From: a candidate division WOR-3 bacterium
GTDB taxonomy: Bacteria; Hydrothermota; Tepidihabitantia; Tepidihabitantales; Tepidihabitantaceae
NCBI GenBank assembly: GCA_965649295.1
Contig: CBFGKH010000005.1
Location: 64,001-128,000, forward strand
Direction: 5' to 3'
Length of the DNA: 64,000 bases
This document shows, piece by piece, positions 9,107 through 17,225 of the stretch. The notes under the pieces were generated by a model. That model searched no databases. It saw only the letters and a program-made list of their open reading frames with translations, and was not told the origin of the DNA. Numbering within the stretch: the stretch's first letter is position 1; each line of letters opens with the position of its first letter. A program made the translations under genes and the position numbers.

Positions 9107-10489
9107 TTACTCGACCCAGTCGACGTCGGTGAGGCCGAGTTCCTCTCTGGTGACGTTGCCAATGACCACCATGACGTAGCGGTCAGGGTTGATGTGCGTG
9201 CGCGCCGCTGCATTTACTTCCTGGAGTGTTGCGGCATTGACCAGGCGTGGGTAGCGCTCGAGCCAGTCAAGGCCAAAACCGTTCAGTTCGATGCTGGCGA
9301 CCTGTTCGAGTTTGCCGGTACCGGAACTATAGGTCAGGGGAAAGGAACCGGTGAAGTAGCCCTGGGCGCGAACAAGTTCAGCTCGGGTCAGGCCGCTCTC
9401 GCGAATCCGACGGAGTTCGCCAAATATCAGCCGCAATGCTTCAGCCGGGCGATTGGTTTCAACTGAAGAGCGGAAAGCGCCCTGATAGCGAGTACGATCG
9501 AACCAGGCATTGACGTCGTAGGCCAGGCCGGCCTTCTCGCGAACAGCAATGCCCAGCCGGGAGGAGAGGGCCGAGCCGCCGAGAATGTAGCTCATCAGCC
9601 GGGTGGCGATCATGTCTGGAGCGGTGACCGTTGTCCCGGGATGGCCGAGCATGATACTGGTTTGGTTCAGGTCGGGTCGGGTGACTAACTTGATGCGAGG
9701 CCGGTCTGGCCAGTTCGGAGCTGGAACTTCGGGCTTTGCCACCGGTCTGGGCTGCCAGCTAGCGAACCGTCGTTCCACTGCGGCGAGCACGCTTTCGCGT
9801 TGGACATCACCAACGACGATCAGGAATGAGTTATTGGGAACCCAGTGCTCGCGATGAAACGAGATGATGTCTTCGCGGGTGATGAGGGGAATCGTTGTCG
9901 TGTCGCCGCCGTCGGGGGTAGCCTGTGGGCCGGAGCCGAAGAGCAGGCGGTTGAACTCAAGTCGGGTGCGCGCAGTCGGAAAGTCATAGGCACGGCGCAG
10001 GCCGTCGAGTGACTGGGCAAGGGCGAGCTTGAGTTCAATTGAGTCGAAAGTCGGGTGGAGCACCGCATCGGCGAGCAGATCAAAGGCAACCTCCTTGTCC
10101 TTGGCGAGGACGCGCAGTTGGAGCCGGGAGTTGTCGAGTTCGGCCCGCCCCGAAAAGCTTGCGCCGAGGAAGTCAACAATGCTGGTTACCGAATCGGCGC
10201 TCATTGAACTGGTACCACGTGTCATTAGGTAGGCAGTGTGATGAGCAACGCCAGCTCGACCAGTCGGGTCCGAGGCGTGACCAGAACGGCAGATGAGCGC
10301 GATGTCAACGAGCGGTTGACGGTGTTCTTCGTAGGTGAGTACGACCAGCCCTGAGGCAAGGGAGTCACGGAAGAGAGGAAGTGCGGTTGCAGGCGAAATC
10401 AGCATGCCGACTGCCGATGTCAAAGTGCACAGCGAGAAGATAGTGGACATGGGAATTCGGTAGCGGCGAACTTCAGTTCGGCTTCTCAT
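9107..10489 (-). CDS. M16B (pitrilysin-like) peptidase, non-catalytic subunit, exported
   Basis: M16 fold without HxxEH (AHHTAYLMTRGT); SSRLGIAVREKAGLAY R/Y pair; hydrophobic N-terminal signal. Confidence 0.88.
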   Translation of the reverse strand: MRSRTEVRRYRIPMSTIFSLCTLTSAVGMLISPATALPLFRDSLASGLVVLTYEEHRQPLVDIALICRSGHASDPTGRAGVAHHTAYLMTRGTSSMSADSVTSIVDFLGASFSGRAELDNSRLQLRVLAKDKEVAFDLLADAVLHPTFDSIELKLALAQSLDGLRRAYDFPTARTRLEFNRLLFGSGPQATPDGGDTTTIPLITREDIISFHREHWVPNNSFLIVVGDVQRESVLAAVERRFASWQPRPVAKPEVPAPNWPDRPRIKLVTRPDLNQTSIMLGHPGTTVTAPDMIATRLMSYILGGSALSSRLGIAVREKAGLAYDVNAWFDRTRYQGAFRSSVETNRPAEALRLIFGELRRIRESGLTRAELVRAQGYFTGSFPLTYSSGTGKLEQVASIELNGFGLDWLERYPRLVNAATLQEVNAAARTHINPDRYVMVVIGNVTREELGLTDVDWVE

Positions 10490-11823
10490 CTTGTCCCCTT
10501 GTCAGCAACTAGCCAGCCGACTGTCAGGTGATCAGGTTTCAGCCATGTTCGGCAGAAGTCACGTACCTGTTCGCGCGTGACCGATTGAATGCGGTCCGGG
10601 TATTCGACAAACCAGCGCCAGTTGCCGGTAGTGATGTGGCTCGCAGCCAGCAGGTAGGCAATATCTGATATGTCATCCCGTTCAAAGATATGATTGGCGA
10701 GCACTCGGTTCTTGACGCCCTGTAGTTCTCTTTCGCTTATGAGCTCAGTTCCCATCCGTCTGACCTCATCGGCCACTGCGGTTTCAATTGCCGGCATCAA
10801 GCTCTCGGCGCGGGGTGTAATGTGGATGCGAAGAAGACCCGGGTCGCGTTCGACCGAGTTCCAAGCACTGGCACTGGTTGCGAGACCTTGCTCTCTTACG
10901 AGTCGGCGATAGAGTCGGGATGAGCGGCCGTCACCGAGTACGGCGGCGGCGACTTCGGCCACATAGAAAAGTGAATCGCGGATGCCAGGGCTACGATAGC
11001 CCATTATGAGGCTCGGCACGTTGACCCGACGCCGGACAGTGACTCGACGCTCGCCAGACTGCTGTGGTTCGATGTCGTAGTAGTCAGTCCTGACAACTGG
11101 TCGCCCCTTGATCCGGCCAAAATACTTGCGGGCAAGGTTGAATACTCGTTCGGGCTCGACATCACCGGACACGACCAGCAGGGCGTTGGCCGGGTTGTAG
11201 TAGCGGGTGTACCAGTCGCGAACCGCAGCCGCGGTGAAGCGGGCCACGTCGTCGGGCCAGCCGATGGTGGGGTTACGTTGGGGATTGGCCAGAAACGCCG
11301 TTGCCTCAAACTGCTCCCAGAGAGCTGACGTAGGGCGATTGTCACCCAGCCTACGTTCCTCGGCAACTACCTGGTGTTCACTTGTGAACTCGGAATCGAG
11401 GATGACACAACTGCCCATTCGCGCAGCCTCGATGCGAAGCGCGAACTCCCAGCGGTCACTGGCAAAGTCCTCGTAGTATCCGGTGTAGTAGGTTGAGGTG
11501 AAGCCGTTGTTGCGGCCACCAGCCGAATCAACGATGCGGTCAAAGTCGCCAGGCTGGTAGATGTTTGTGCGCTTGAAAGTCATGTGCTCGAGCATGTGGG
11601 AAATGCCGGTCAGGCCGATTGGCTCATCATAAGAGCCGACTCGGTAGTAAACATTGGTGGAGACGACCGGTGCGGACGAATCAACATAGACGATTATCTC
11701 CAGGCCGTTGGCCAACCGGTGTTCGAAAACATGGGACGATAGGTTGTCTTCAGCCCGAGCTAGAGTGGCTGCCAGTAGCAGTGATATCCAACACGAGCCA
11801 GAACGCAGTGTTGCAGTCAACAT
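10486..11823 (-). CDS. M16B zinc peptidase, catalytic subunit, exported
   Basis: GISHMLEHM (HxxEH), NGFTS, VVAEERR, YYNPANA, RSSRLYRRLV; signal peptide LLLAATLARA. Confidence 0.92.
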   Translation of the reverse strand: MLTATLRSGSCWISLLLAATLARAEDNLSSHVFEHRLANGLEIIVYVDSSAPVVSTNVYYRVGSYDEPIGLTGISHMLEHMTFKRTNIYQPGDFDRIVDSAGGRNNGFTSTYYTGYYEDFASDRWEFALRIEAARMGSCVILDSEFTSEHQVVAEERRLGDNRPTSALWEQFEATAFLANPQRNPTIGWPDDVARFTAAAVRDWYTRYYNPANALLVVSGDVEPERVFNLARKYFGRIKGRPVVRTDYYDIEPQQSGERRVTVRRRVNVPSLIMGYRSPGIRDSLFYVAEVAAAVLGDGRSSRLYRRLVREQGLATSASAWNSVERDPGLLRIHITPRAESLMPAIETAVADEVRRMGTELISERELQGVKNRVLANHIFERDDISDIAYLLAASHITTGNWRWFVEYPDRIQSVTREQVRDFCRTWLKPDHLTVGWLVADKGTR

Positions 11824-11861
11824 GATGTGTGCCTCGTATTAGGTTGGGATTGTCCTGAAAG

Positions 11862-11889
11862 AGCATAGCCGCTTGCCGTTGCGCTGCAA
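11862..11889 (-). promoter_or_regulatory. putative promoter of M16 pair
   Basis: minus strand TTGCAG, 16 nt, gcTATGCT. Confidence 0.5.
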
Positions 11890-11989
11890 GTGGTGCCAGC
11901 AGACGGCCGGACTGGTAGTGGCATCTGTCTTCATCATCACTGCGATGGCAGTTTCTCAATCACGGGAGTTTGTCGTACCAGTTGGCGGC

Positions 11990-12017
11990 TTGACAGGCGG
12001 TCTGATTTGATTAGATT
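11990..12017 (+). promoter_or_regulatory. putative promoter of exbB-exbD-tonB operon
   Basis: TTGACA, 16 nt, TAGATT. Confidence 0.6.
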
Positions 12018-12065
12018 GAGATGAGGACCTGTAGTTCGAGACAAACCCTTTAAGGAGGACTGAAA

Positions 12066-12692
12066 GTGATACAGGAATTCAAAGACGGCGGCGGCATGAT
12101 GTGGTTCCTGCTCGCCTGTGCTGTCATGGGCCTGGCGTTGACGTTGGAACGGTTGTTCACTCTGACTCTGCGCCTGCCTCTGAATGTTAAGCGTTTCAGT
12201 CGCCAGCTCGTCGAAACCATCGACAAGCAGGGCGTGAAGGCCGGTATCGAGCTCTGTAACAAGACGCCGAGTCCGGCGGCTCGAGTACTGGCTGCGGCGC
12301 TGGCCAAGGTTGATCGCGGCAAGACCGCAATGGAGGATGCGATTGTGCTGGCCGGGGCGACTGAGCTTGCGTTCCTTGATCGCGGAATGGCACTGATTGC
12401 TGGTCTGACAACAGTCGCGCCTTTTTTCGGTTTTCTGGGCACTGTTACCGGTATGATTGGCGCATTCAAAGCAGTGGCAGCAGTGGGTGAGGTCGATGCA
12501 ACTGTCGTCGCGTCCGGTATCGCCGAGGCACTAATTACGACCAAGTGGGGCCTGATGGTCGCGGCACCGCTGGCGATTGTTCACATCCTGTTCCAGGGCC
12601 GTGTCAACGGCTATCTGCGGGACATGGAGACTGCCTCAAGTGAACTGCTTGATTTCCTGATTGCCAAGGGTGTGATTGGTAAGGAGAGCTGA
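12066..12692 (+). CDS. exbB: MotA/TolQ/ExbB proton channel protein
   Basis: APFFGFLGTVTGMIGAF, VASGIAEALITT; SD AAGGAGG. Confidence 0.92.
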   Translation: MIQEFKDGGGMMWFLLACAVMGLALTLERLFTLTLRLPLNVKRFSRQLVETIDKQGVKAGIELCNKTPSPAARVLAAALAKVDRGKTAMEDAIVLAGATELAFLDRGMALIAGLTTVAPFFGFLGTVTGMIGAFKAVAAVGEVDATVVASGIAEALITTKWGLMVAAPLAIVHILFQGRVNGYLRDMETASSELLDFLIAKGVIGKES

Positions 12693-13120
12693 TGGCGCTT
12701 CGTCTCCGGAAGAAGGCCGCTGGTGCGCCGCCGAACATTCCGACGGCTTCGACCGGTGATATCGCTTTCCTGATACTCATCTTCTTCCTTTCCACCAGCG
12801 TTTTCGCCAAAGAGAAGGGATTGAAGATCGTACTGCCCGAAAAAGGTGAAGCAACGAAGATCAAGGCTGAGAACATCCTGCAGGTTGCCGTCAATCCCAG
12901 CGGTCAGGTCTTGATTGGCGACCGAGTCGTAGAGATTCCCGATGTGAAAGAGATCATCGTCGCCAAGATTGCCGAGAACCCTGAGTTGGCAATCTCACTG
13001 CGTGTCAGTCGTAGTGCTCCATACCACGTTATGGTTGATGTCTTTGACCAGCTCAAGCTGGCCAAAGCTGAACGCATCAGCCTGATACCGGTGCTCACCG
13101 AGGAAGGAGCGGCGCCATGA
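12692..13120 (+). CDS. exbD: biopolymer transporter ExbD
   Basis: IPTASTGDIAFLILIFF transmembrane segment with conserved Asp. Confidence 0.9.
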   Translation: MALRLRKKAAGAPPNIPTASTGDIAFLILIFFLSTSVFAKEKGLKIVLPEKGEATKIKAENILQVAVNPSGQVLIGDRVVEIPDVKEIIVAKIAENPELAISLRVSRSAPYHVMVDVFDQLKLAKAERISLIPVLTEEGAAP

Positions 13121-13539
13121 AGCGCATTGCTCAGAAGAAGGCGTCGCGGTCAGAAATCCCCACCGCCTCGACCGGCGATATTGCCTTCCTGCTCATCATC
13201 TTCTTTCTTGTCGGCACGACCTTCCGCGTCACCGGCGGTTTCAAGGTTGTCCTGCCAACAGCTGAGTCAACCGAACGGATTCTGAAGAAGCGCAATGCTG
13301 AGAACGTTTGGATTGACAAGTCAGGTAGGATATCGGTTGATGATAACCTCGTCATGCTAGCTGGCGTGGCCTCGGTGATGGCCGAAAAGGTAATCCAGAA
13401 CCCCGACGTGGTTGTTGTGCTGCAGGCTGATAAGGACGTCCCTTATGGTTTTGTTACCGATGTTCTTGAGGCGCTTAAGGATGCCCGAGCACTGCGGGTT
13501 ACATTTGCCACTGGGTATCGGACCGGAGGCGGAGGATAA
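13117..13539 (+). CDS. exbD: biopolymer transporter ExbD (second copy)
   Basis: IPTASTGDIAFLLIIFF, ADKDVPYG. Confidence 0.9.
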   Translation: MKRIAQKKASRSEIPTASTGDIAFLLIIFFLVGTTFRVTGGFKVVLPTAESTERILKKRNAENVWIDKSGRISVDDNLVMLAGVASVMAEKVIQNPDVVVVLQADKDVPYGFVTDVLEALKDARALRVTFATGYRTGGGG

Positions 13540-13541
13540 CG

Positions 13542-14174
13542 ATGGAGTATCGAAGCGCGACTATTCACGCCCTTGAATGGGAGGACCGCTACTACGCTGT
13601 TGCTCTTCGATTGGCTACTGTTGTCGCTCTCGTCATTGTGACCGGTGCTTTTCTCATACTGCCCCAGGAGTTCGTTGTTCGGCCATACCAGTTGCGACGG
13701 TCGGTTGAGATGGTGATGGAGGACCTGCCACCGCAACTGGAGAAGATTGCCGAACCTCCCAAGGCGGTGAAGCCGGCGACAGTGCCGGTGGCGGCGACCA
13801 ATGAGGCCGAGATTGAACAGCAGACGATCGAGGCTACGACATTCCAGGAGGTAATCAAGCGAACTGAGGAGACCGACATTCCAGTAGTGCCGTTCTGGAA
13901 GGTCGAGATCAAGCCTCAGCCGATTGATATTCCGGTGCCCAAGTATCCGGAAATGGCGCGCAATGCTGGGATTGAGGGGCAAACAGTGGTTGAAGCACTT
14001 GTCAACACTGACGGCACAGTCGGTGAAGCTCGGGTGCTGAAGAGTTCGGGCAATCAGTCGCTTGACGCTTCGGCAATCGAAGCAGCAATGCGTGCACGGT
14101 TCACGCCGGCAAGACAGCGTGACAAGCCGGTGCGGGTCTGGGTTTCGATACCATTCCGGTTCACGCTGCAGTAG
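13542..14174 (+). CDS. tonB: energy transducer TonB
   Basis: N-terminal TM helix, Pro-rich linker, C-terminal YPEMARNAGIEG..FTPARQRDKPVRVW. Confidence 0.9.
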   Translation: MEYRSATIHALEWEDRYYAVALRLATVVALVIVTGAFLILPQEFVVRPYQLRRSVEMVMEDLPPQLEKIAEPPKAVKPATVPVAATNEAEIEQQTIEATTFQEVIKRTEETDIPVVPFWKVEIKPQPIDIPVPKYPEMARNAGIEGQTVVEALVNTDGTVGEARVLKSSGNQSLDASAIEAAMRARFTPARQRDKPVRVWVSIPFRFTLQ

Positions 14175-14284
14175 CGGAGGCGGCCTCAGGTTGAGGCAGA
14201 GGAGCAATGATAAAGCGTGGCTGGATGCGAGCCACAAGCAAAGAGGGTGGCAGAAGGCCACCAGAAAAGCAAAGGAGGAGTCTG

Positions 14285-16009
14285 ATGCGTAATGTGCTGA
14301 TGGTCATGCTGCTTGTGCCGATGATGGCACTGGCGGTGGCAACACGACCAATGACCTCGCTGCCGGAGAGTGGTATCCTGCCACCGGCGCAGCCCGCTGG
14401 TGATGTCCGGCAGACGCCTAAGGCGTCTGTGCCGCTCGTAGGCAGGGTTGATACGGTCGGCGGTACCACCTATGACTGGTGGTATAATGGGGCTTGCTGG
14501 CGTCAGCTAGCCAACACGCCCGGATATGGTTTGCACGCAACCTGGATGTACTCGCAGGATGTGGCAAGCACGGCTTTCCCGGACCGGAACATGCGCTACA
14601 ACTTCTACGACTACTCGACGAACTCGTGGATGTGGATTGATCCTGATTACATGCAGTCTGGGGTCAACGTTTTTGTTGAAAGGTCCGGATATGGCAATCT
14701 TAGCGCCGACAGGACAACCGGCTGCGCAGTGATTGGCCGGCACACCACTGCTGGTAGTGGTGTTATGCACGCTGAGATGGCGCGGGATATCGCACCGGGC
14801 GCTGGCATCTTCGAGTATGCAAATGGCGGTGGGGTCACGAACAACTACCAATGGCCACCGCTGGCTGTTGGCAGCGATGGTGTGATTCACCAATTCATGA
14901 TTACGGCGACCTACTCGCTTGCCTATTCGAAGGTTCAGAACTGGCCAACGTATCAACCGCTTTTTACGACTGGCTGGGACCCAGGGACGACATTCCCAAC
15001 CCACAATATTGCGGCGTCGCGCGTGAGTCCGAAGGTTGCTTGTACCTGGACCGAGAACAGTGACCCGATCGACTACGGTTGTTTGCGTATATCTGAAGAC
15101 GGCGGCGCGACGTGGGGAACGACAATCAGACTCACTCCACCGCGTGTGTTCCGCGGCGATACTGTCGCCTCCTGGCATATAACTTCGCTCTTCCCTTTCT
15201 ACGATCAGAACGATCAGCTTCACATTGTCGGCAACGTCATGCCGGTCATAAACGACACTGGTTACATCATTCCGTCAGTGATCGTTCATTACTTCAATGG
15301 GACATACACGACTATCCACCGTGCCGGCTGCGATCCGAACAACCTGCAGGCGGCTGTCGGTTACAATGCCACCTATGCCTGTCGGCCGAGCATGGGCGAG
15401 GACTACGAGGGTAACCTGTTTGTTGCCTGGGAGCAGTTTGACTCGGCCAATGTCGAACCATTGACCTCGGTGCTGCGGGCTGACATCTTTGTTGCCGGTT
15501 CGCGTGACAACGGCGTTACCTGGTCGCCGGCGTTGAAGATAACCGACGCGGGCACACGCTCGAACCGTTTCCCGACTATCACCGACTGGGTTGACGAGTC
15601 GAACAACGTTCATATCCTCTACGAGAATGACCAGACTGCCGGTTTCTGGGTTCAGAACGAGCATCCCGGCCAAATCAATCCGGTCTTTGTCCACACTGTG
15701 CCCAAGAGTCTGATAATCGGTATTGCTGAAGGCGGTTCAGCAACGCCGGCGCGCGTTGAGCTTTCGGTCACGCCGAATCCGGTGCAGAATCGGGCGTCGA
15801 TTTCGTATGCGGTGCCAAGGGCCGGCACAGTTTCGCTCGTGCTCTACGACGCTGCTGGCCGTCCGGTTCAGACGCTGGTTAACGGTACTAAGGCAGCGGG
15901 TCGCTACACTGCAACGCTCGACGCCAGCAGATTGGTTAACGGCGTCTACTTCTACACACTTACGACTGGCGGCAACTCGCTGAGCAATAAGCTCACGGTT
16001 ACGCACTGA
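14285..16009 (+). CDS. exported beta-propeller/Asp-box (BNR-like) protein with T9SS type-A-like C-terminal sorting domain
   Basis: ATG 14285 after AGGAGGAG; signal peptide; SEDGGATW and SRDNGVTW Asp boxes; CTD PNP...LYDAAGR...GVYF..KLTV. Confidence 0.8.
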   Translation: MRNVLMVMLLVPMMALAVATRPMTSLPESGILPPAQPAGDVRQTPKASVPLVGRVDTVGGTTYDWWYNGACWRQLANTPGYGLHATWMYSQDVASTAFPDRNMRYNFYDYSTNSWMWIDPDYMQSGVNVFVERSGYGNLSADRTTGCAVIGRHTTAGSGVMHAEMARDIAPGAGIFEYANGGGVTNNYQWPPLAVGSDGVIHQFMITATYSLAYSKVQNWPTYQPLFTTGWDPGTTFPTHNIAASRVSPKVACTWTENSDPIDYGCLRISEDGGATWGTTIRLTPPRVFRGDTVASWHITSLFPFYDQNDQLHIVGNVMPVINDTGYIIPSVIVHYFNGTYTTIHRAGCDPNNLQAAVGYNATYACRPSMGEDYEGNLFVAWEQFDSANVEPLTSVLRADIFVAGSRDNGVTWSPALKITDAGTRSNRFPTITDWVDESNNVHILYENDQTAGFWVQNEHPGQINPVFVHTVPKSLIIGIAEGGSATPARVELSVTPNPVQNRASISYAVPRAGTVSLVLYDAAGRPVQTLVNGTKAAGRYTATLDASRLVNGVYFYTLTTGGNSLSNKLTVTH

Positions 16010-16017
16010 CCGCTACC

Positions 16018-16048
16018 GCGGGGCGGGCAGTCATTTTGCCCGCCCCGC
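16018..16048 (+). terminator. 12-bp GC hairpin, intra-locus terminator or mRNA stabiliser
   Basis: GCGGGGCGGGCA-GTCATTT-TGCCCGCCCCGC followed by ACTTTGGTT. Confidence 0.65.
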
Positions 16049-16122
16049 ACTTTGGTTGTGAACAAGCTTCGTGGTCGTACGGCCACGCACGCATTTTCCC
16101 ACCCAGAACAACCCAAGGAGGC

Positions 16123-17214
16123 ATGATGCGCATCCTGCGGCCTTTTTTTCAATCGAAGTGCCAGACATGCGCGGTCACCTTGCCGTTAACGGTCATCACC
16201 GCCGTCTCCATTCTAGTCGGCGGCTGCGGTACCGAACCACCGGCAGACTGGCAGTGGTGGTCGAGCGCTGACAGCAGCGCGGTTCGTGCAGAGCTGGCCC
16301 GCTGGCGTAATACCATTGACATGCGTCAGGCATTGGTTGATACGTTGCGATTGAATCTATCGCTGCCACTAGTATTTACTGACAGTTCTTCAGCGAGCGG
16401 CGAAACTCTCTACAAGTTTAAGCACCTTCTGGCGGTTTGGACTGATATTGATACGGTCGGTCATTACGATGGCTATCTCTTTGGCCGTACCAACGACACT
16501 GTCGCGATGACTGACACCTTCTGTCAGGTCAGTTTCTGCGACACGGTGCGGGCGGCGCGGCTCCATTTCCGCTATGATAGCCTGTGGGTAGTCGGCTATC
16601 GTCCAGACACCATTGTGGACACGACTCGCACGCCGCCGGAGACATCCATCGTCTATGTTGCTAGCTATACCGGGGCGCGGGGATTCAGTGAACCACAAGT
16701 TTTCGTGCGGAGCTACGACTGGACCGCCCGGCGGCTACTGCATTTCAGCAAGACGCCGGGAGTAGCCGAATATCTACTGCGGAGACTGACGGGCTGTGCG
16801 ATGCTTGTTCCGACTCCGCAGGATGCACCGAGCATTACTTGGGTTACGTTGGCTCGTCCCGGCCAGGTTGATACTTTCTTCTATTCCCCTCGGCCGGCAC
16901 CAGATTTGCGGGGCCTCTACAATCTTCGTCATGTTGATTCGCTGTACACAATTGGCCAGAACGAGCAGTTTGATATTACGTTTGTGACTAGTGGTGATTC
17001 GATGACCGATCGTGAACGGTTCTATGTCTGTGTAAACGGGCTGAAGAGAGACATCACGACCGGACCAAAGCGTGGCAGCGGTACAATCAGCATTGCCGAT
17101 ACCGGCTACCAGCACATCTATGTGCAGGCGGTCTCGCTATCCGGTATCACGACTACGGTTAGCACCTACAAGACTTCCTGCTGGGCGATTCCAGTTAGAG
17201 TCACGCCGCGGTGA
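16123..17214 (+). CDS. uncharacterised lipoprotein
   Basis: ATG 16123 after AAGGAGG; lipobox-like LVGGC; stop directly precedes the SD of the TBDR. Confidence 0.75.
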   Translation: MMRILRPFFQSKCQTCAVTLPLTVITAVSILVGGCGTEPPADWQWWSSADSSAVRAELARWRNTIDMRQALVDTLRLNLSLPLVFTDSSSASGETLYKFKHLLAVWTDIDTVGHYDGYLFGRTNDTVAMTDTFCQVSFCDTVRAARLHFRYDSLWVVGYRPDTIVDTTRTPPETSIVYVASYTGARGFSEPQVFVRSYDWTARRLLHFSKTPGVAEYLLRRLTGCAMLVPTPQDAPSITWVTLARPGQVDTFFYSPRPAPDLRGLYNLRHVDSLYTIGQNEQFDITFVTSGDSMTDRERFYVCVNGLKRDITTGPKRGSGTISIADTGYQHIYVQAVSLSGITTTVSTYKTSCWAIPVRVTPR

Positions 17215-17225
17215 TTGGAGGTCAA

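Noticed and set aside
13443..14261. 272-aa - strand ORF, and similar long antisense ORFs (545-1222, 14507-15223, 22419-23078, 35630-36313, 44172-44957)
   Set aside because: They lie opposite well-supported genes in GC-rich DNA and have no SD or recognisable domains.
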